64,000 nucleotides of DNA from an uncultured Verrucomicrobia subdivision 3 bacterium (lineage in GTDB: Bacteria; Verrucomicrobiota; Verrucomicrobiia; Limisphaerales; DASXHY01), in contig CALBZA010000004.1 of the NCBI GenBank assembly GCA_937890005.1, positions 280,573 through 344,572 of the forward strand, read 5' to 3'. Shown here in pieces: positions 46,786 through 56,784 of this stretch (its first letter is position 1; every line of letters starts with the position of its first letter). A program made the translations under genes and the position numbers. The notes beneath the pieces are model-generated. The model did not search any database. It saw nothing but the letters and a program-made list of their open reading frames with translations, and was not told where the DNA came from.

Positions 46786-46819
46786 ATTGGGCATTGGGCA
46801 TTGGGCGTTGGGCGTTGGC
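46786..46819. repeat. 7-bp tandem repeat (RTTGGGC)x5
   Basis: attgggc attgggc attgggc gttgggc gttggc, starting 7 nt after the stop of the 44191..46779 gene. The related motif ttgggcattg also follows the stop of the 41691..43337 gene (43341-43350). Confidence 0.85.
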
Positions 46820-47020
46820 ATGAATCCATATCACGGAACGGCAAATAATCCATCTGTCAGTGATTGAGTTAAAAATCTAACCGTGTTTGTTTCACTCACA
46901 TGCCGTGAGTGTCTGCGGGTGGCGGGGGAACCGATCGATCGAGGATCGGACGGGAAACAAAAGATCTCTGTGGGAGCCTGCCGTGATAGATTCGGACGTG
47001 CGTGAAAGAATGAGCTGCTT

Positions 47021-48373
47021 ATGAATACCCTCCTTCGAAACCGGGTGTGTGGATTGTTGTGGCTGCCCCTTTTCCTTTGTTTTTGTGCGACTGGCCGGGC
47101 CGACAATCCGATCATCCAAACCTGTTTCACCGCAGACCCGGCGCCGATGGTGCATGATGGCGTGGTTTATCTTTACGTCGGCCACGACGAGGACGATGCC
47201 CGCGGGTTCAAAATGTTCGATTGGAAATGTTTCACATCGACGGACATGGTGAACTGGACCGATCGTGGGGCGGTGCTTTCAACGGGCACTTTCGCGTGGG
47301 CCACGAAGAACAGCGCCTGGGCTTCTCAATGCATTTTCCGAAACGGAAAGTTTTATTTCTATTGCACCGCCGCTCAACGAATCAATGGCACCATGTCGAT
47401 CGGTGTCGCCGTGTCGAACAGCCCGACCGGACCTTTCGTTGATGCGATTGGAAAACCGCTGATCTCCAACAGCCGCGAGGATATCGATCCGACTGTATTC
47501 ATCGACGATGACGGCCAGGCGTACATGTATTGGGGCAATCCCAACCTGTATTACGTGAAGTTGAACGAGGACATGATTTCGTATTCGGGAGAAGTTGTGA
47601 AGTCGTCCGTCAAACCGCGGAATTATCAGGAAGGCCCGTGGTTTTACAAACGGAACGGTCATTACTACATGGCCTACGCGTCCACCTGTTGTCCTGAAGG
47701 CATTGGCTACGCCATGAGCGACAGCCCGACGGGACCGTGGCCATTCAAGGGCCAGATCATGGATCCTCACCGTTTGTCCGACGGCAACCATCCGGGGATC
47801 ATCGATTACAAGGGCAAGACGTACATCTTTGGATTCAATTACGAACTCAACTGGGAGATTTCGGATGTGAAGCGCGAGAGGCGTTCGGTCTGCGTAGCGG
47901 AAATGACTTACAACCCGGACGGGACCATTCCGAAGCTTCCGTGGTGGACGAAGGAAGGTGTTGCCCAGGTCGGCACGTTCAACCCGTTCCAGCAGGTTGA
48001 AGGAGCCACGATCTGCTATTCGGATGACATCAAGACGGCGCCGCGGGAGGATGGCCGGCCGGGAGTGTTTGTGCGCGCAATGGAGAACGGCGCTTACATC
48101 AAGATCAAGGGCGTCGATTTCGGCGACAGCGGGGCCACCAATTTTCTCGCGAACGTGGCGGCGCTTTCCGAAGGCACATCGATTGCCCTGCGCGTGGGCA
48201 GTGAAACTGGAAGAACCATTGGCATCCTCAAAGTCAAACCGACTGGCGGACTGGACAAATGGGAAACGCAATCGTGCAAGATCACCGGGGCGCGAGGTGT
48301 TCAAGACCTTTATCTGAAGTTCTTCGGGAACGGCACGCCTGTCATGAACCTTGACTGGTGGAAGTTTGAATAA
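47021..48373 (+). CDS. GH43 glycoside hydrolase (arabinofuranosidase/xylosidase type) with C-terminal CBM6-like module
   Basis: 450-aa ORF with a signal peptide. NPIIQTCFTADPAPMVHDGVVYLY and EGPWFYKRNGHYYM are GH43 hallmarks. The C-terminal ~130 aa (AYIKIKGVDFG...LYLKFFG...MNLDWWKF) fits CBM6. Confidence 0.85.
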   Translation: MNTLLRNRVCGLLWLPLFLCFCATGRADNPIIQTCFTADPAPMVHDGVVYLYVGHDEDDARGFKMFDWKCFTSTDMVNWTDRGAVLSTGTFAWATKNSAWASQCIFRNGKFYFYCTAAQRINGTMSIGVAVSNSPTGPFVDAIGKPLISNSREDIDPTVFIDDDGQAYMYWGNPNLYYVKLNEDMISYSGEVVKSSVKPRNYQEGPWFYKRNGHYYMAYASTCCPEGIGYAMSDSPTGPWPFKGQIMDPHRLSDGNHPGIIDYKGKTYIFGFNYELNWEISDVKRERRSVCVAEMTYNPDGTIPKLPWWTKEGVAQVGTFNPFQQVEGATICYSDDIKTAPREDGRPGVFVRAMENGAYIKIKGVDFGDSGATNFLANVAALSEGTSIALRVGSETGRTIGILKVKPTGGLDKWETQSCKITGARGVQDLYLKFFGNGTPVMNLDWWKFE

Positions 48374-48545
48374 GATCGGGAACGCGGGGAAGTCTGGATT
48401 ACGGTGCGGTGAGGATGCCCAATCTGGGTGCCACTGATTTTTCCGATCATTGAGTCGCTGCAGAAGTTTTCATCCTGCCAGGGCGACGATGGGCAGCGCA
48501 CGTTCCTGACAAGATGCCTTGAAATCCAGCGAACTTCCGTCCCCT

Positions 48546-51500
48546 TTATGGCGCGCCGGCATTCTCCAAAACCGACGCGGTCTGAACAGGCTCATAGCAC
48601 TCAAATTCCACAATACCGAGTGTTCCACGCGCCATCTCCTGTGTTCCGCCGCCTGCGTTTTGCTGGTTTTCCAGTTCCGTGATGCGGAAGCCATCGCGCA
48701 CATCGGCAGCGCTCAACAACTCGATCTTCAACGTTTGTCCGGAGACTCGTTTCAATGGCAGCGTGACATGGCCGAGGCTTCGCGGTGTTGTTCCGCGATA
48801 GACCTCGGTGCCGTCGATTGTGATTCGCACTGGATACGATCGCTGCCTCCAGCCGGAAAATTTGGCGCAGACTTCTTCCGGCGAAGCCAACCGTGCAAAA
48901 CGATATTCGATCCACGCCGTCGCCAGCTTTCCGTCATTGGTCCATGAAGTCGTCTCGTCGTCGTCGATACTTGCCTGCACAGCGGACGCATTCGCGCCCG
49001 CAACTGCGCTGACAATAGGAATGCCGATTCTGCTCGGCTTGAACGACGGCCCTTCCGGAGTCGGTCCGCGCTTGAGCCGCACTGGCAGCCGGTCTGCCGC
49101 AAACTCCGTTGCAAGACCATCGACCACTTTCACTGGAGCAGTTTCAAGTTTCACTTCGGCGGATTTCAATCCAGCCGATCCAGCCTTCACCACGATCGTT
49201 CCGGGGACCGTTGTGGACCGGATCAACACCCGATTCACGCCGCATTCGACTGGAAGCTGTTTGGAAAGAATGAAGTTGTCCGGGCCCTGCGCGATTCCAC
49301 CGCGCCATTCCGCCGGACCGTTCAAATGGAATTCAATCATGTTCAAGGCCGTCGGACAGCGCCGTCCTTTGGCATCGACAACTTCCACTTCAACCAGCGC
49401 CACGTCTGCGCCGTCGGCTCGGAATCCCACGGGTGAAGTGATCGGTGTCAACCGAACGGCAACCGGCTCGCCCGCCGACTCCTTTTCGGTCGAGCAAAGA
49501 GTTGTTCCTTTCGTATCGAAACCCACCGCTCGCAATGTGCCGGACTGCCATTCGACATTCTGGAATACGAACAGAAAGCGGTTCGACTGCGTTCCGATTC
49601 CGAGCGATTTGCCGTTCAAGCTCAGCTCCACGCGATCGGCACTTGAAACCACATAGACGTTCTTCTTCGTTCCCGGCGCGTAGTTCCAATGACCGATGAT
49701 ATGAATGCGCGGACGCTCGATATCCACCCAGCCGTCCCACATCACCTGATGCGCCCAAAAGCCATCCTTCGGAATTCGCATCGCATCCACTTCGCCGCTG
49801 CGACGGTAATTTTCCGCGCCGCGATAATGTGTGTTGGAGTCGGAGAATATGATGTTCACGCCGCCGGAACTGACACGCGGTCCGGTGCCGGGACGTTCGC
49901 GCCAGTAATCAAACCAACGCGCAATGTTCTCGATCGCGTGAGAATCCTGGTTGCGGTTGTAATCTGTCGCCGGGGCGTTTCGATAAAGCGGACCGTCGCC
50001 GTCCTTGTGATACGGCGGGCTGAATTCATCCCAGTATTTTCGCAAGCCCTCGTCGCGAGAGTATTCCATCGCCCAGAAAGGCAGGCGCGCGCTTTTGTTG
50101 ATGTAAAGCATTTCGCCGCCGTACTCCGCCACCTGGCTGTTCAGCATCTCGCGCGAACCGATCGCCCTGCCGCCGTGCGGATCATGGCGATCGCGAATCG
50201 CCTTCATCTCGCGCATGTGTTCTTCGCTGACGCCCTTGTTGCCAGCTTCGTAGAACAAAATACTCGGATTGTTCCGATTGTAGATGATTGCATCGCGCAT
50301 CACTTCGACGCGCTGCTGCCAGCGGCGTCCGCTGACGTCCGCCTCGGCGTCGCCGGCGGGCATGGCCTGAATCAGGCCGACGCGATCGCAGGATTCCACG
50401 TCCTGCTTGGAAGGCGTCACGTGCATCCAGCGAACGAGATTTCCGTTTCCTTCGACGATCATTCCGTTGCTCAAATCGCTGAGCCACGGCGGCACCGTCG
50501 ATCCAAGTGCCGGCCATTCGTTCGAAGTGCGCTGGGCATAACCTTTCATCTGAATCACGCGCCCGTTCAGCTTCACCACGCCGTTTGCGAACTCCGTTTT
50601 GCGGAATCCGGTGCGGGTGCGGACGTGATCAACGGAGCGGCCTTCCACTTTCAGCACGGTTGAAACGTTGTAGAGATAACCGTAACCCCAGCTCCAGAAG
50701 TTCAGGCCGTCCACTCTTGCCGACGCAGAAACATTCGTTGTCTGTCCGGGAAGCAGCGTCACTGTCGCGCCTCCAAATCTTTTCAGCGTTTTTCCGTCGA
50801 GTTCCTCAACCGCCGCTTCAAACGTGAATGTGCGTGGTTCCGAATGTTCGTTCCGCACCTGCGCTTCAGCCGTGATGGTCGCCGCGCGGCCCGGTATGTC
50901 GAACTCCGTCGCATAGATGTAAACGCCTTCGGTTCCGAGCTGCGAATGGAGCGGCAACGTCTGATACAACCGATCTGTCACATGCAGCTTCACGTTCTTT
51001 GGAATGCCACCGTAGTTCGCGTTGAAATTGCGATCGTTCCACTGATAACGCTGATTCGTCGCCTTCTCGCGGTAATCCCACGCGTTGTCGGTGCGAACGG
51101 CAACGACGTTTTCTTCCGCCCCGAAACGCACGAGGTCGCTGACGTCGAATCCGACAGCCATGATGCCGTTCTCGTGACGGCCAATGTGCTTTCCGTTGAA
51201 ATAGAACTCGCCGCCGTGCCGGATGCCTTCGAACTCGAGGAACACTTTCTTTCCCGACGCGTTCGCCGGGAGTTTGAACTTTTTGCGATACCACGCGATT
51301 CCAGTTGGATGCTCATCGATCGACACCTTGAACGCAAAATCCTCGTTCCAGGCGTGCGGCAGTGTGACGGCTTTCCAATTGGCATCGTCGAAGTTCGGCG
51401 ACATTGCATTTGCGGGATCGCCAACAAAGATTCTCCAGTCAGGATTGAAATCATAGGCGCGCACTGGTCCGAATGGCTGCGCGTTTGAACTCTGCGTTCC

Positions 51501-51548
51501 CATCCAGGCCAGAAGGACAGTGAGCGTCAATGCTTGGAGTATCTTCAT
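48546..51548 (-). CDS. GH2 glycoside hydrolase (beta-galactosidase/glucuronidase-like) with C-terminal F5/8 type C (discoidin) domain
   Basis: 1000-aa ORF with a signal peptide. Has a GH2 sugar-binding domain (WKAVTLPHAWNED, AWYRKKF), a TIM-barrel region (NLVRWMH, NHPSILFYEAGN-like NNPSILFYEAGNKG), and a C-terminal ...DDDETTSWTN...WIEYRF. Confidence 0.85.
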   Translation of the reverse strand: MKILQALTLTVLLAWMGTQSSNAQPFGPVRAYDFNPDWRIFVGDPANAMSPNFDDANWKAVTLPHAWNEDFAFKVSIDEHPTGIAWYRKKFKLPANASGKKVFLEFEGIRHGGEFYFNGKHIGRHENGIMAVGFDVSDLVRFGAEENVVAVRTDNAWDYREKATNQRYQWNDRNFNANYGGIPKNVKLHVTDRLYQTLPLHSQLGTEGVYIYATEFDIPGRAATITAEAQVRNEHSEPRTFTFEAAVEELDGKTLKRFGGATVTLLPGQTTNVSASARVDGLNFWSWGYGYLYNVSTVLKVEGRSVDHVRTRTGFRKTEFANGVVKLNGRVIQMKGYAQRTSNEWPALGSTVPPWLSDLSNGMIVEGNGNLVRWMHVTPSKQDVESCDRVGLIQAMPAGDAEADVSGRRWQQRVEVMRDAIIYNRNNPSILFYEAGNKGVSEEHMREMKAIRDRHDPHGGRAIGSREMLNSQVAEYGGEMLYINKSARLPFWAMEYSRDEGLRKYWDEFSPPYHKDGDGPLYRNAPATDYNRNQDSHAIENIARWFDYWRERPGTGPRVSSGGVNIIFSDSNTHYRGAENYRRSGEVDAMRIPKDGFWAHQVMWDGWVDIERPRIHIIGHWNYAPGTKKNVYVVSSADRVELSLNGKSLGIGTQSNRFLFVFQNVEWQSGTLRAVGFDTKGTTLCSTEKESAGEPVAVRLTPITSPVGFRADGADVALVEVEVVDAKGRRCPTALNMIEFHLNGPAEWRGGIAQGPDNFILSKQLPVECGVNRVLIRSTTVPGTIVVKAGSAGLKSAEVKLETAPVKVVDGLATEFAADRLPVRLKRGPTPEGPSFKPSRIGIPIVSAVAGANASAVQASIDDDETTSWTNDGKLATAWIEYRFARLASPEEVCAKFSGWRQRSYPVRITIDGTEVYRGTTPRSLGHVTLPLKRVSGQTLKIELLSAADVRDGFRITELENQQNAGGGTQEMARGTLGIVEFECYEPVQTASVLENAGAP

Positions 51549-51822
51549 AATTTGCGATCAGCGATCGTTGCCACGTCCGGAAAGTCTAGTGGACTCTCCA
51601 CCTCAGGGAATCGCCATTTCGGTGTTCCAAAGCCTCCCCAATTGTGATGATCGTCGCGGTGCAGGGTTGCCTTTCAGAGTGCCCCCCAGGTGGCGCTTTC
51701 GAATGCCGTCGATGTCGGTTCCGTCTCCCCCGTAGTATCCCCCAGAAGAGCATTTGACCTTTTTGTACGGGCAACCCAATGTCTCCACGCCGCTCCAAAT
51801 GGGACGCTGCAAGTTTGATTTC

Positions 51823-53655
51823 ATGACCATCAATGCTGACGTGACGACCAAGCAATCGAATCATCGACTGAAACCCGCCGGCCGAATACTGGCATTGGCG
51901 GCTGCCGTGCTGTTGAGCGCCGGACATTTCCTCCAAAGCCATGCCGCGGAACCGGTCGATCTGCAGATCACCGAAGTCGCGCCGGTTCGGTTTGAACGGC
52001 GCGGCAATGTGCTGTTTGCCGACTTCGGCAAGGCCGCCTTCGGAAATCTCAGACTGGATTTCAGAACCGATCCGCCAACCAACATCATCACCGTCCGTCT
52101 CGGTGAAAAGCTTTCAGGCAATGGCACCATCGATCGCAAGCCGCCGGGCAGCGTGAATTATCGCGAAATCACACTCGCGACGCGCCCGGGACAGAAACGT
52201 TATCAACTCGAAATTCCGTCGAAACAATTTCATCTCCGCGCGGAACCGGTGAAGATGCCGGCGAACATCGGTGAAGTGACCGTGTTTCGTTATGTTGAAA
52301 TCGAAGGTGCTGGAAATTCCCTGAACACCCAAAGCTTGCGGCAGTTGTTCGTCCATGCTCCGTTCGATGACAACGCCGCTCATTTCAAATCTTCTGACGA
52401 GACGCTGAACGCTGTGTGGGAACTCTGCAAATACACGATGAAAGCGACTACGGCGTTCGGCGTTTACATCGATGGCGAACGCGAACGCATTCCGTATGAA
52501 GCCGACGCCTACATCAATCAGCTTTCGCACTACGCCTGCGATCTCGATCCGCGAGTCGCACGCTTCACAGTGGATCATTTGCTGAAGAATCCGACCTGGC
52601 CGACTGAATGGAGTCTGCACATGCCGATGATGGCGTGGGCTGATTACGAAGCCACGGGCGATCCCGTCATCGCCGCGACGCATTACGAGGAATTGAAGAA
52701 GAAGCTGCTTCGCGAGAAGGCGCGGGGAGATGGTCTGCTCCGAGCCTGGGCAATCGTCGATTGGCCCGGAGCCGAACGGGACGGTTACAACGACAACAAG
52801 ATTGCTCCTCACGATTCCCGTCAGATCGGGCCGGAAATCAACACCGTGGTGAACGCGTTCTATTACCACGCGTTGAGGCGGATGGCGGGGCTGGCGCGGG
52901 CGTTGAAAAAGGATGCTGACGCCGCAGAACTCGAATCGGCCGCCACGCGTGTTTACGAAACGTTCAATCGTGTTTTCTTCGATTCCGCCCATGGCCTTTA
53001 TATCGACGGCGAAGGCAGCAGGCACGCGTCGCTTCACGCCAATATGTTCCCGCTCGCTTTTGGACTCGTGCCGAAAGAACGGGAAAAAACTGTGGTCGAT
53101 TTCGTGCAGTCGCGCGGCATGGCCTGCAGCGTCTATGGAGCACAATATCTTCTGGAAGCACTCTTCAACGCCGGACGCGGCGATGCCGCCATCCAGCTCA
53201 TGACTTCGCGCGACAAACGCAGCTGGTGGCACATGATCGAACTGGGATCGACCATGACGCTCGAAGCGTGGGACGCGCAGTTCAAACCGAACCTCACCTG
53301 GAACCACGCCTGGGGCGCTGTGCCGGCGAACATCATCACACGATTCGTTCTCGGCGTTCGTCCGCTTTCCCCCGGCTATTCGGAAATGCTGATCGCACCC
53401 GAACTTGGACGGCTGAAATCGGCGGAGGGCAAAGTGCCAACGCAACGCGGTCCAGTGAATGTGAAGGTCAACAACGGCGATGTTTTCAAACTCGAAGTCC
53501 GTCTTCCGTCCGGCGCAAAAACACGTGTGCAGGTCCCGCTCCGGCCAAAAGCCACGGTTCTTCTGAACGGAAAGAAGGTTGAAGGAACGATCAAAGATCA
53601 GCACGTCACGCTCGGCCCGCTTTCCGGCGGCAAATACGTGATTGAGTCCCGTTAG
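51823..53655 (+). CDS. GH78-related (alpha-L-rhamnosidase six-hairpin) glycoside hydrolase, short form
   Basis: About 610 aa from the ATG at 51823 (signal-like LALAAAVLLSAGHFLQSHA); the tracked ORF starts at a TTG at 51754. The (alpha/alpha)6 region carries ERIPYEADAYINQL, WPTEWSLHMPMMAW and TLEAWD. Confidence 0.7.
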   Translation: MTINADVTTKQSNHRLKPAGRILALAAAVLLSAGHFLQSHAAEPVDLQITEVAPVRFERRGNVLFADFGKAAFGNLRLDFRTDPPTNIITVRLGEKLSGNGTIDRKPPGSVNYREITLATRPGQKRYQLEIPSKQFHLRAEPVKMPANIGEVTVFRYVEIEGAGNSLNTQSLRQLFVHAPFDDNAAHFKSSDETLNAVWELCKYTMKATTAFGVYIDGERERIPYEADAYINQLSHYACDLDPRVARFTVDHLLKNPTWPTEWSLHMPMMAWADYEATGDPVIAATHYEELKKKLLREKARGDGLLRAWAIVDWPGAERDGYNDNKIAPHDSRQIGPEINTVVNAFYYHALRRMAGLARALKKDADAAELESAATRVYETFNRVFFDSAHGLYIDGEGSRHASLHANMFPLAFGLVPKEREKTVVDFVQSRGMACSVYGAQYLLEALFNAGRGDAAIQLMTSRDKRSWWHMIELGSTMTLEAWDAQFKPNLTWNHAWGAVPANIITRFVLGVRPLSPGYSEMLIAPELGRLKSAEGKVPTQRGPVNVKVNNGDVFKLEVRLPSGAKTRVQVPLRPKATVLLNGKKVEGTIKDQHVTLGPLSGGKYVIESR

Positions 53656-53777
53656 CATCTGGCAGGACAAGTCTGCCGCTTGGTCGTTCCATTCCCGTCG
53701 AAAATGTTGAGGCCGTCCCTGAAGGGCCATTTTACGGTTTGAACGTCCTGCGCCGTGCTGTATTCAGAGGACGCCTT

Positions 53778-54935
53778 ATGCCTGAAACTTCGCAACGCCT
53801 GCGGCATTTTTCGGAGTCGGTAATCCGGGGAATGACACGGCTCGCCAATCAGCACGGCGCGATCAATCTCGCGCAGGGATTTCCCGACTTCGATCCGCCG
53901 GAGGAACTGTTGGCGGCACTGGAACGCGCGACCCGCGGTCCGTTCCACCAATACTCCATCACCTGGGGAGCGCCGAAATTCCGCGAGGCCCTTGCGCGGA
54001 AAATTGAGCGGTTCAGCGGACAGGCAGTTGATCCCGACCAGAACCTGGTTGTCACCTGCGGAAGCACGGAGGCAATGATGGTTGCGATGATGACGGCGTG
54101 CAATCCGGGCGACAAGGTGATCGTCTTTTCGCCGTTCTACGAAAACTACGCTGCGGATGCCATCCTCTCGGGTGCGGAACCGATTTACGTTCCATTGCGT
54201 GCGCCGGATTTTCGTTTTGATCCCGACGAATTGAAACGCGCGTTCCAACAACGTCCCAGGGCGATTGTCGTTTGCAATCCATCGAACCCGACCGGCAAGG
54301 TGTTTGCGCGCGACGAATTGATGGAAATTCTGAAGCTGGCGGAGGAGTTCGACGCGTTCGTTATTACTGACGAACCTTATGAGCACATCGTTTACGCGCC
54401 GCACGAGCATATTTATTGCAATGCACTGCCCGGTGCCGCGGAACGCACCATCACCTGCAACTCCCTTTCGAAGACGTATTCCATCACAGGCTGGCGGCTC
54501 GGTTACGTGCAGGCTTCCGCGAAGGTTATTGCCCAGGCGCGCAAGGTGCATGATTTTCTGACCGTCGGCGCCGCGGCGCCGTTGCAGGAGGCAGCTATCG
54601 CGGGGTTGAACCTTTCCGATTCCTACTACGCCGGTTTGCGCGAGTTGTATCAGAAGAAAAAGGATTTCTTCCTCAGCTATCTTCGAAAAACCGGGTTGCC
54701 ATTCACTGAACCTCAGGGCGCCTATTATGTGATGCTCGACATCTCGTCACTTGGATTCAAAACGGACACCGAAGCGGCGGAATGGATGATCCGAGAAATC
54801 GGCGTGGCCGGGGTGCCGGGATCAAGCTTCTTCCGCGAACCGGAGAATCGTTACATCCGATTCCACTTCGCGAAAAAGGAGGAGACGTTGAGGGCAGCTG
54901 GGGAAAGACTGAGCAGGCTGGCAGAGAGGCGTTGA
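53778..54935 (+). CDS. class I/II pyridoxal-phosphate-dependent aminotransferase (YbdL/kynurenine-aminotransferase-like)
   Basis: 385 aa from the ATG at 53778 (GAGG 8-11 nt upstream). INLAQGFPDF, NPSNPTGKVF and the PLP lysine in SLSKTYSITGWRLGY. Confidence 0.9.
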   Translation: MPETSQRLRHFSESVIRGMTRLANQHGAINLAQGFPDFDPPEELLAALERATRGPFHQYSITWGAPKFREALARKIERFSGQAVDPDQNLVVTCGSTEAMMVAMMTACNPGDKVIVFSPFYENYAADAILSGAEPIYVPLRAPDFRFDPDELKRAFQQRPRAIVVCNPSNPTGKVFARDELMEILKLAEEFDAFVITDEPYEHIVYAPHEHIYCNALPGAAERTITCNSLSKTYSITGWRLGYVQASAKVIAQARKVHDFLTVGAAAPLQEAAIAGLNLSDSYYAGLRELYQKKKDFFLSYLRKTGLPFTEPQGAYYVMLDISSLGFKTDTEAAEWMIREIGVAGVPGSSFFREPENRYIRFHFAKKEETLRAAGERLSRLAERR

Positions 54936-54988
54936 GGATTCCGATTCAATTCGCGGACGCGATCCGGAGGCGAAAACCGCGGTGAACG

Positions 54989-55342
54989 TCACCAGTCAAT
55001 GCGGAGACAGGCCACAGATTCCTGCTTCTCGACTTCTCCTTCCACCGGCAGACCTGCTTCCTCCCAGGCGAGCATCCCGCACTTCACGACAAAGACATTT
55101 TGAAATCCCTGCCGTTCGAGCTGATCCGCAGCGAGGTGGGCGCGCACTCCAGAGTGGCAGAGAAGATAAACAGGAGCGTCAGGCTCTTGAAGATCCGCAG
55201 CACTCAATTCATGCAGCGGGATATTCCGCGCACCCGCGATGTGCATGACGGCGAACTCCTGAGGCGTTCGCACATCCACCAAATCGACTCGCTCGAAGCG
55301 CGAGAGCAGGCGGTGAAGTTCTGAGACTTCAATGCTTTTCAT
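54989..55342 (-). CDS. rhodanese-like domain protein (sulfurtransferase)
   Basis: 117-aa ORF with the active-site loop CHSGVRA and a VDVRTPQEF entry motif. Confidence 0.85.
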   Translation of the reverse strand: MKSIEVSELHRLLSRFERVDLVDVRTPQEFAVMHIAGARNIPLHELSAADLQEPDAPVYLLCHSGVRAHLAADQLERQGFQNVFVVKCGMLAWEEAGLPVEGEVEKQESVACLRIDW

Positions 55343-55454
55343 AAACTTCTAACTAACAAGGCATCAACACCATGCAAATCATTGAAATATACATTAATTA
55401 AGTAGAGATTAATACCGCCTCGAAAATTGTCAAATATGCGGTTGCGTCTCGGGC

Positions 55455-56729
55455 TCAGACTGAAGCTTCGTGCAGCAGATGTTTTCGTAGAAGGTTCAGC
55501 GCCTGTTGGGCGGTCACTTCCTTGAAGGTCAGTCGATCCCATGGATTGAAGAACTTCACAGCGTCCGTCGCGTTGGCGGAGGCGATCCCGATGTAAACCG
55601 TGCCGACCGGTTTTTCAACGCTTCCGCCCCCAGGTCCCGCAATGCCTGTTACGGAAAGGGCGTAGTCACTTCGCGCGCGAACCCTCGCGCCTTCAGCCAT
55701 CTCGCGGGCGACCGCTTCGCTGACTGCACCGTGTTGTGCGATGGAACTGGGATTCACGCCCAGCGAATCCACTTTCATTTCGTTGCTGTAGGTGACGAAG
55801 CCGCCATTGAAGATTTCGGAAGCTCCCGGAACGTTCGTAACGCGATTGGCAATGCGACCGCCAGTACACGATTCCGCCACGGCAAGAGTTTTACCCTGGC
55901 TTCTGAGCAATCCGACAACAACCTGTTCAATCAAATCGTCATCCGCACCGTAGATGAATTCCTCCAGTTCAGCGCGAAAGGCAGTGATGGCATCTTCGAC
56001 CAGCGCAACGGCATCTCCGCCGCGGGCTACGAAGCGGACATCCACCTGTCCCGGCCGTGCGCAATAACCGAGTTCGAGTCCGCGCTTCACAAACGATTGC
56101 ATCAATGGCGTGATCCGCTCCTGCACAACAGATTCGCCGATTCCGTTCGTACGCACCGTGCGACAAACCAATGTCTCTTTCAGCGGCAATACGCGACGAA
56201 TCCACGGAAGAGCGTCTTCAGAGAACATCGGCTTCAACTCCCGCGGCGGCCCCGGAAGCATGATGAGCCATGTGGGACGCCCCGACTGGCGGAATTTTCC
56301 GTCGGGGATTTCCATCGCAAGACCCGGCGCAGTGCCATGTCGATTGATGAAAACCGTGGCTCCTTCCGGAACCTGGGCTTCAACACGCGTGATGGAAGGC
56401 ATCGGACGATTTCGCAGCGCAAAGAAGGATGCGACCTGCTTCAACACCGCCGCATCTTCCCGCAATGGCCGGTCTATCAGTCGGGCAATCGCGTCCCGAG
56501 TGCAATCGTCCGAGGTCGGCCCCAGGCCGCCTGTGGTGATCACCAGATCTGCGCGACAAAGGGCTTCGCGAACCGCCGCTTGAATTTCATCCGCGCGATC
56601 CGAAACCGCGATTTGTCGCGTGACCGTATATCCCGCGTCCGCCAGCTGACTGCAAATCCACTGCTGATGCGTGTTGAGCACACGGCCCAGCATCAGTTCA
56701 TTTCCGGTGTTGATGAGTTCGACAAACAT
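55455..56729 (-). CDS. cinA: competence/damage-inducible protein CinA (MoCF-binding domain plus nicotinamide-nucleotide amidase)
   Basis: 424-aa ORF. The N-terminal ELINTGNELMLGRVLNTH...TGGLGPTSDD domain is followed by a C-terminal PncC-type domain (AVAESCTGG...TGIAGPGGG). Confidence 0.92.
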   Translation of the reverse strand: MFVELINTGNELMLGRVLNTHQQWICSQLADAGYTVTRQIAVSDRADEIQAAVREALCRADLVITTGGLGPTSDDCTRDAIARLIDRPLREDAAVLKQVASFFALRNRPMPSITRVEAQVPEGATVFINRHGTAPGLAMEIPDGKFRQSGRPTWLIMLPGPPRELKPMFSEDALPWIRRVLPLKETLVCRTVRTNGIGESVVQERITPLMQSFVKRGLELGYCARPGQVDVRFVARGGDAVALVEDAITAFRAELEEFIYGADDDLIEQVVVGLLRSQGKTLAVAESCTGGRIANRVTNVPGASEIFNGGFVTYSNEMKVDSLGVNPSSIAQHGAVSEAVAREMAEGARVRARSDYALSVTGIAGPGGGSVEKPVGTVYIGIASANATDAVKFFNPWDRLTFKEVTAQQALNLLRKHLLHEASV

Positions 56730-56784
56730 GTCGTGAAGAATCGAAACCTGTCAGCCCGTGGATCGGCCAGCCAAAAACGAGAGG

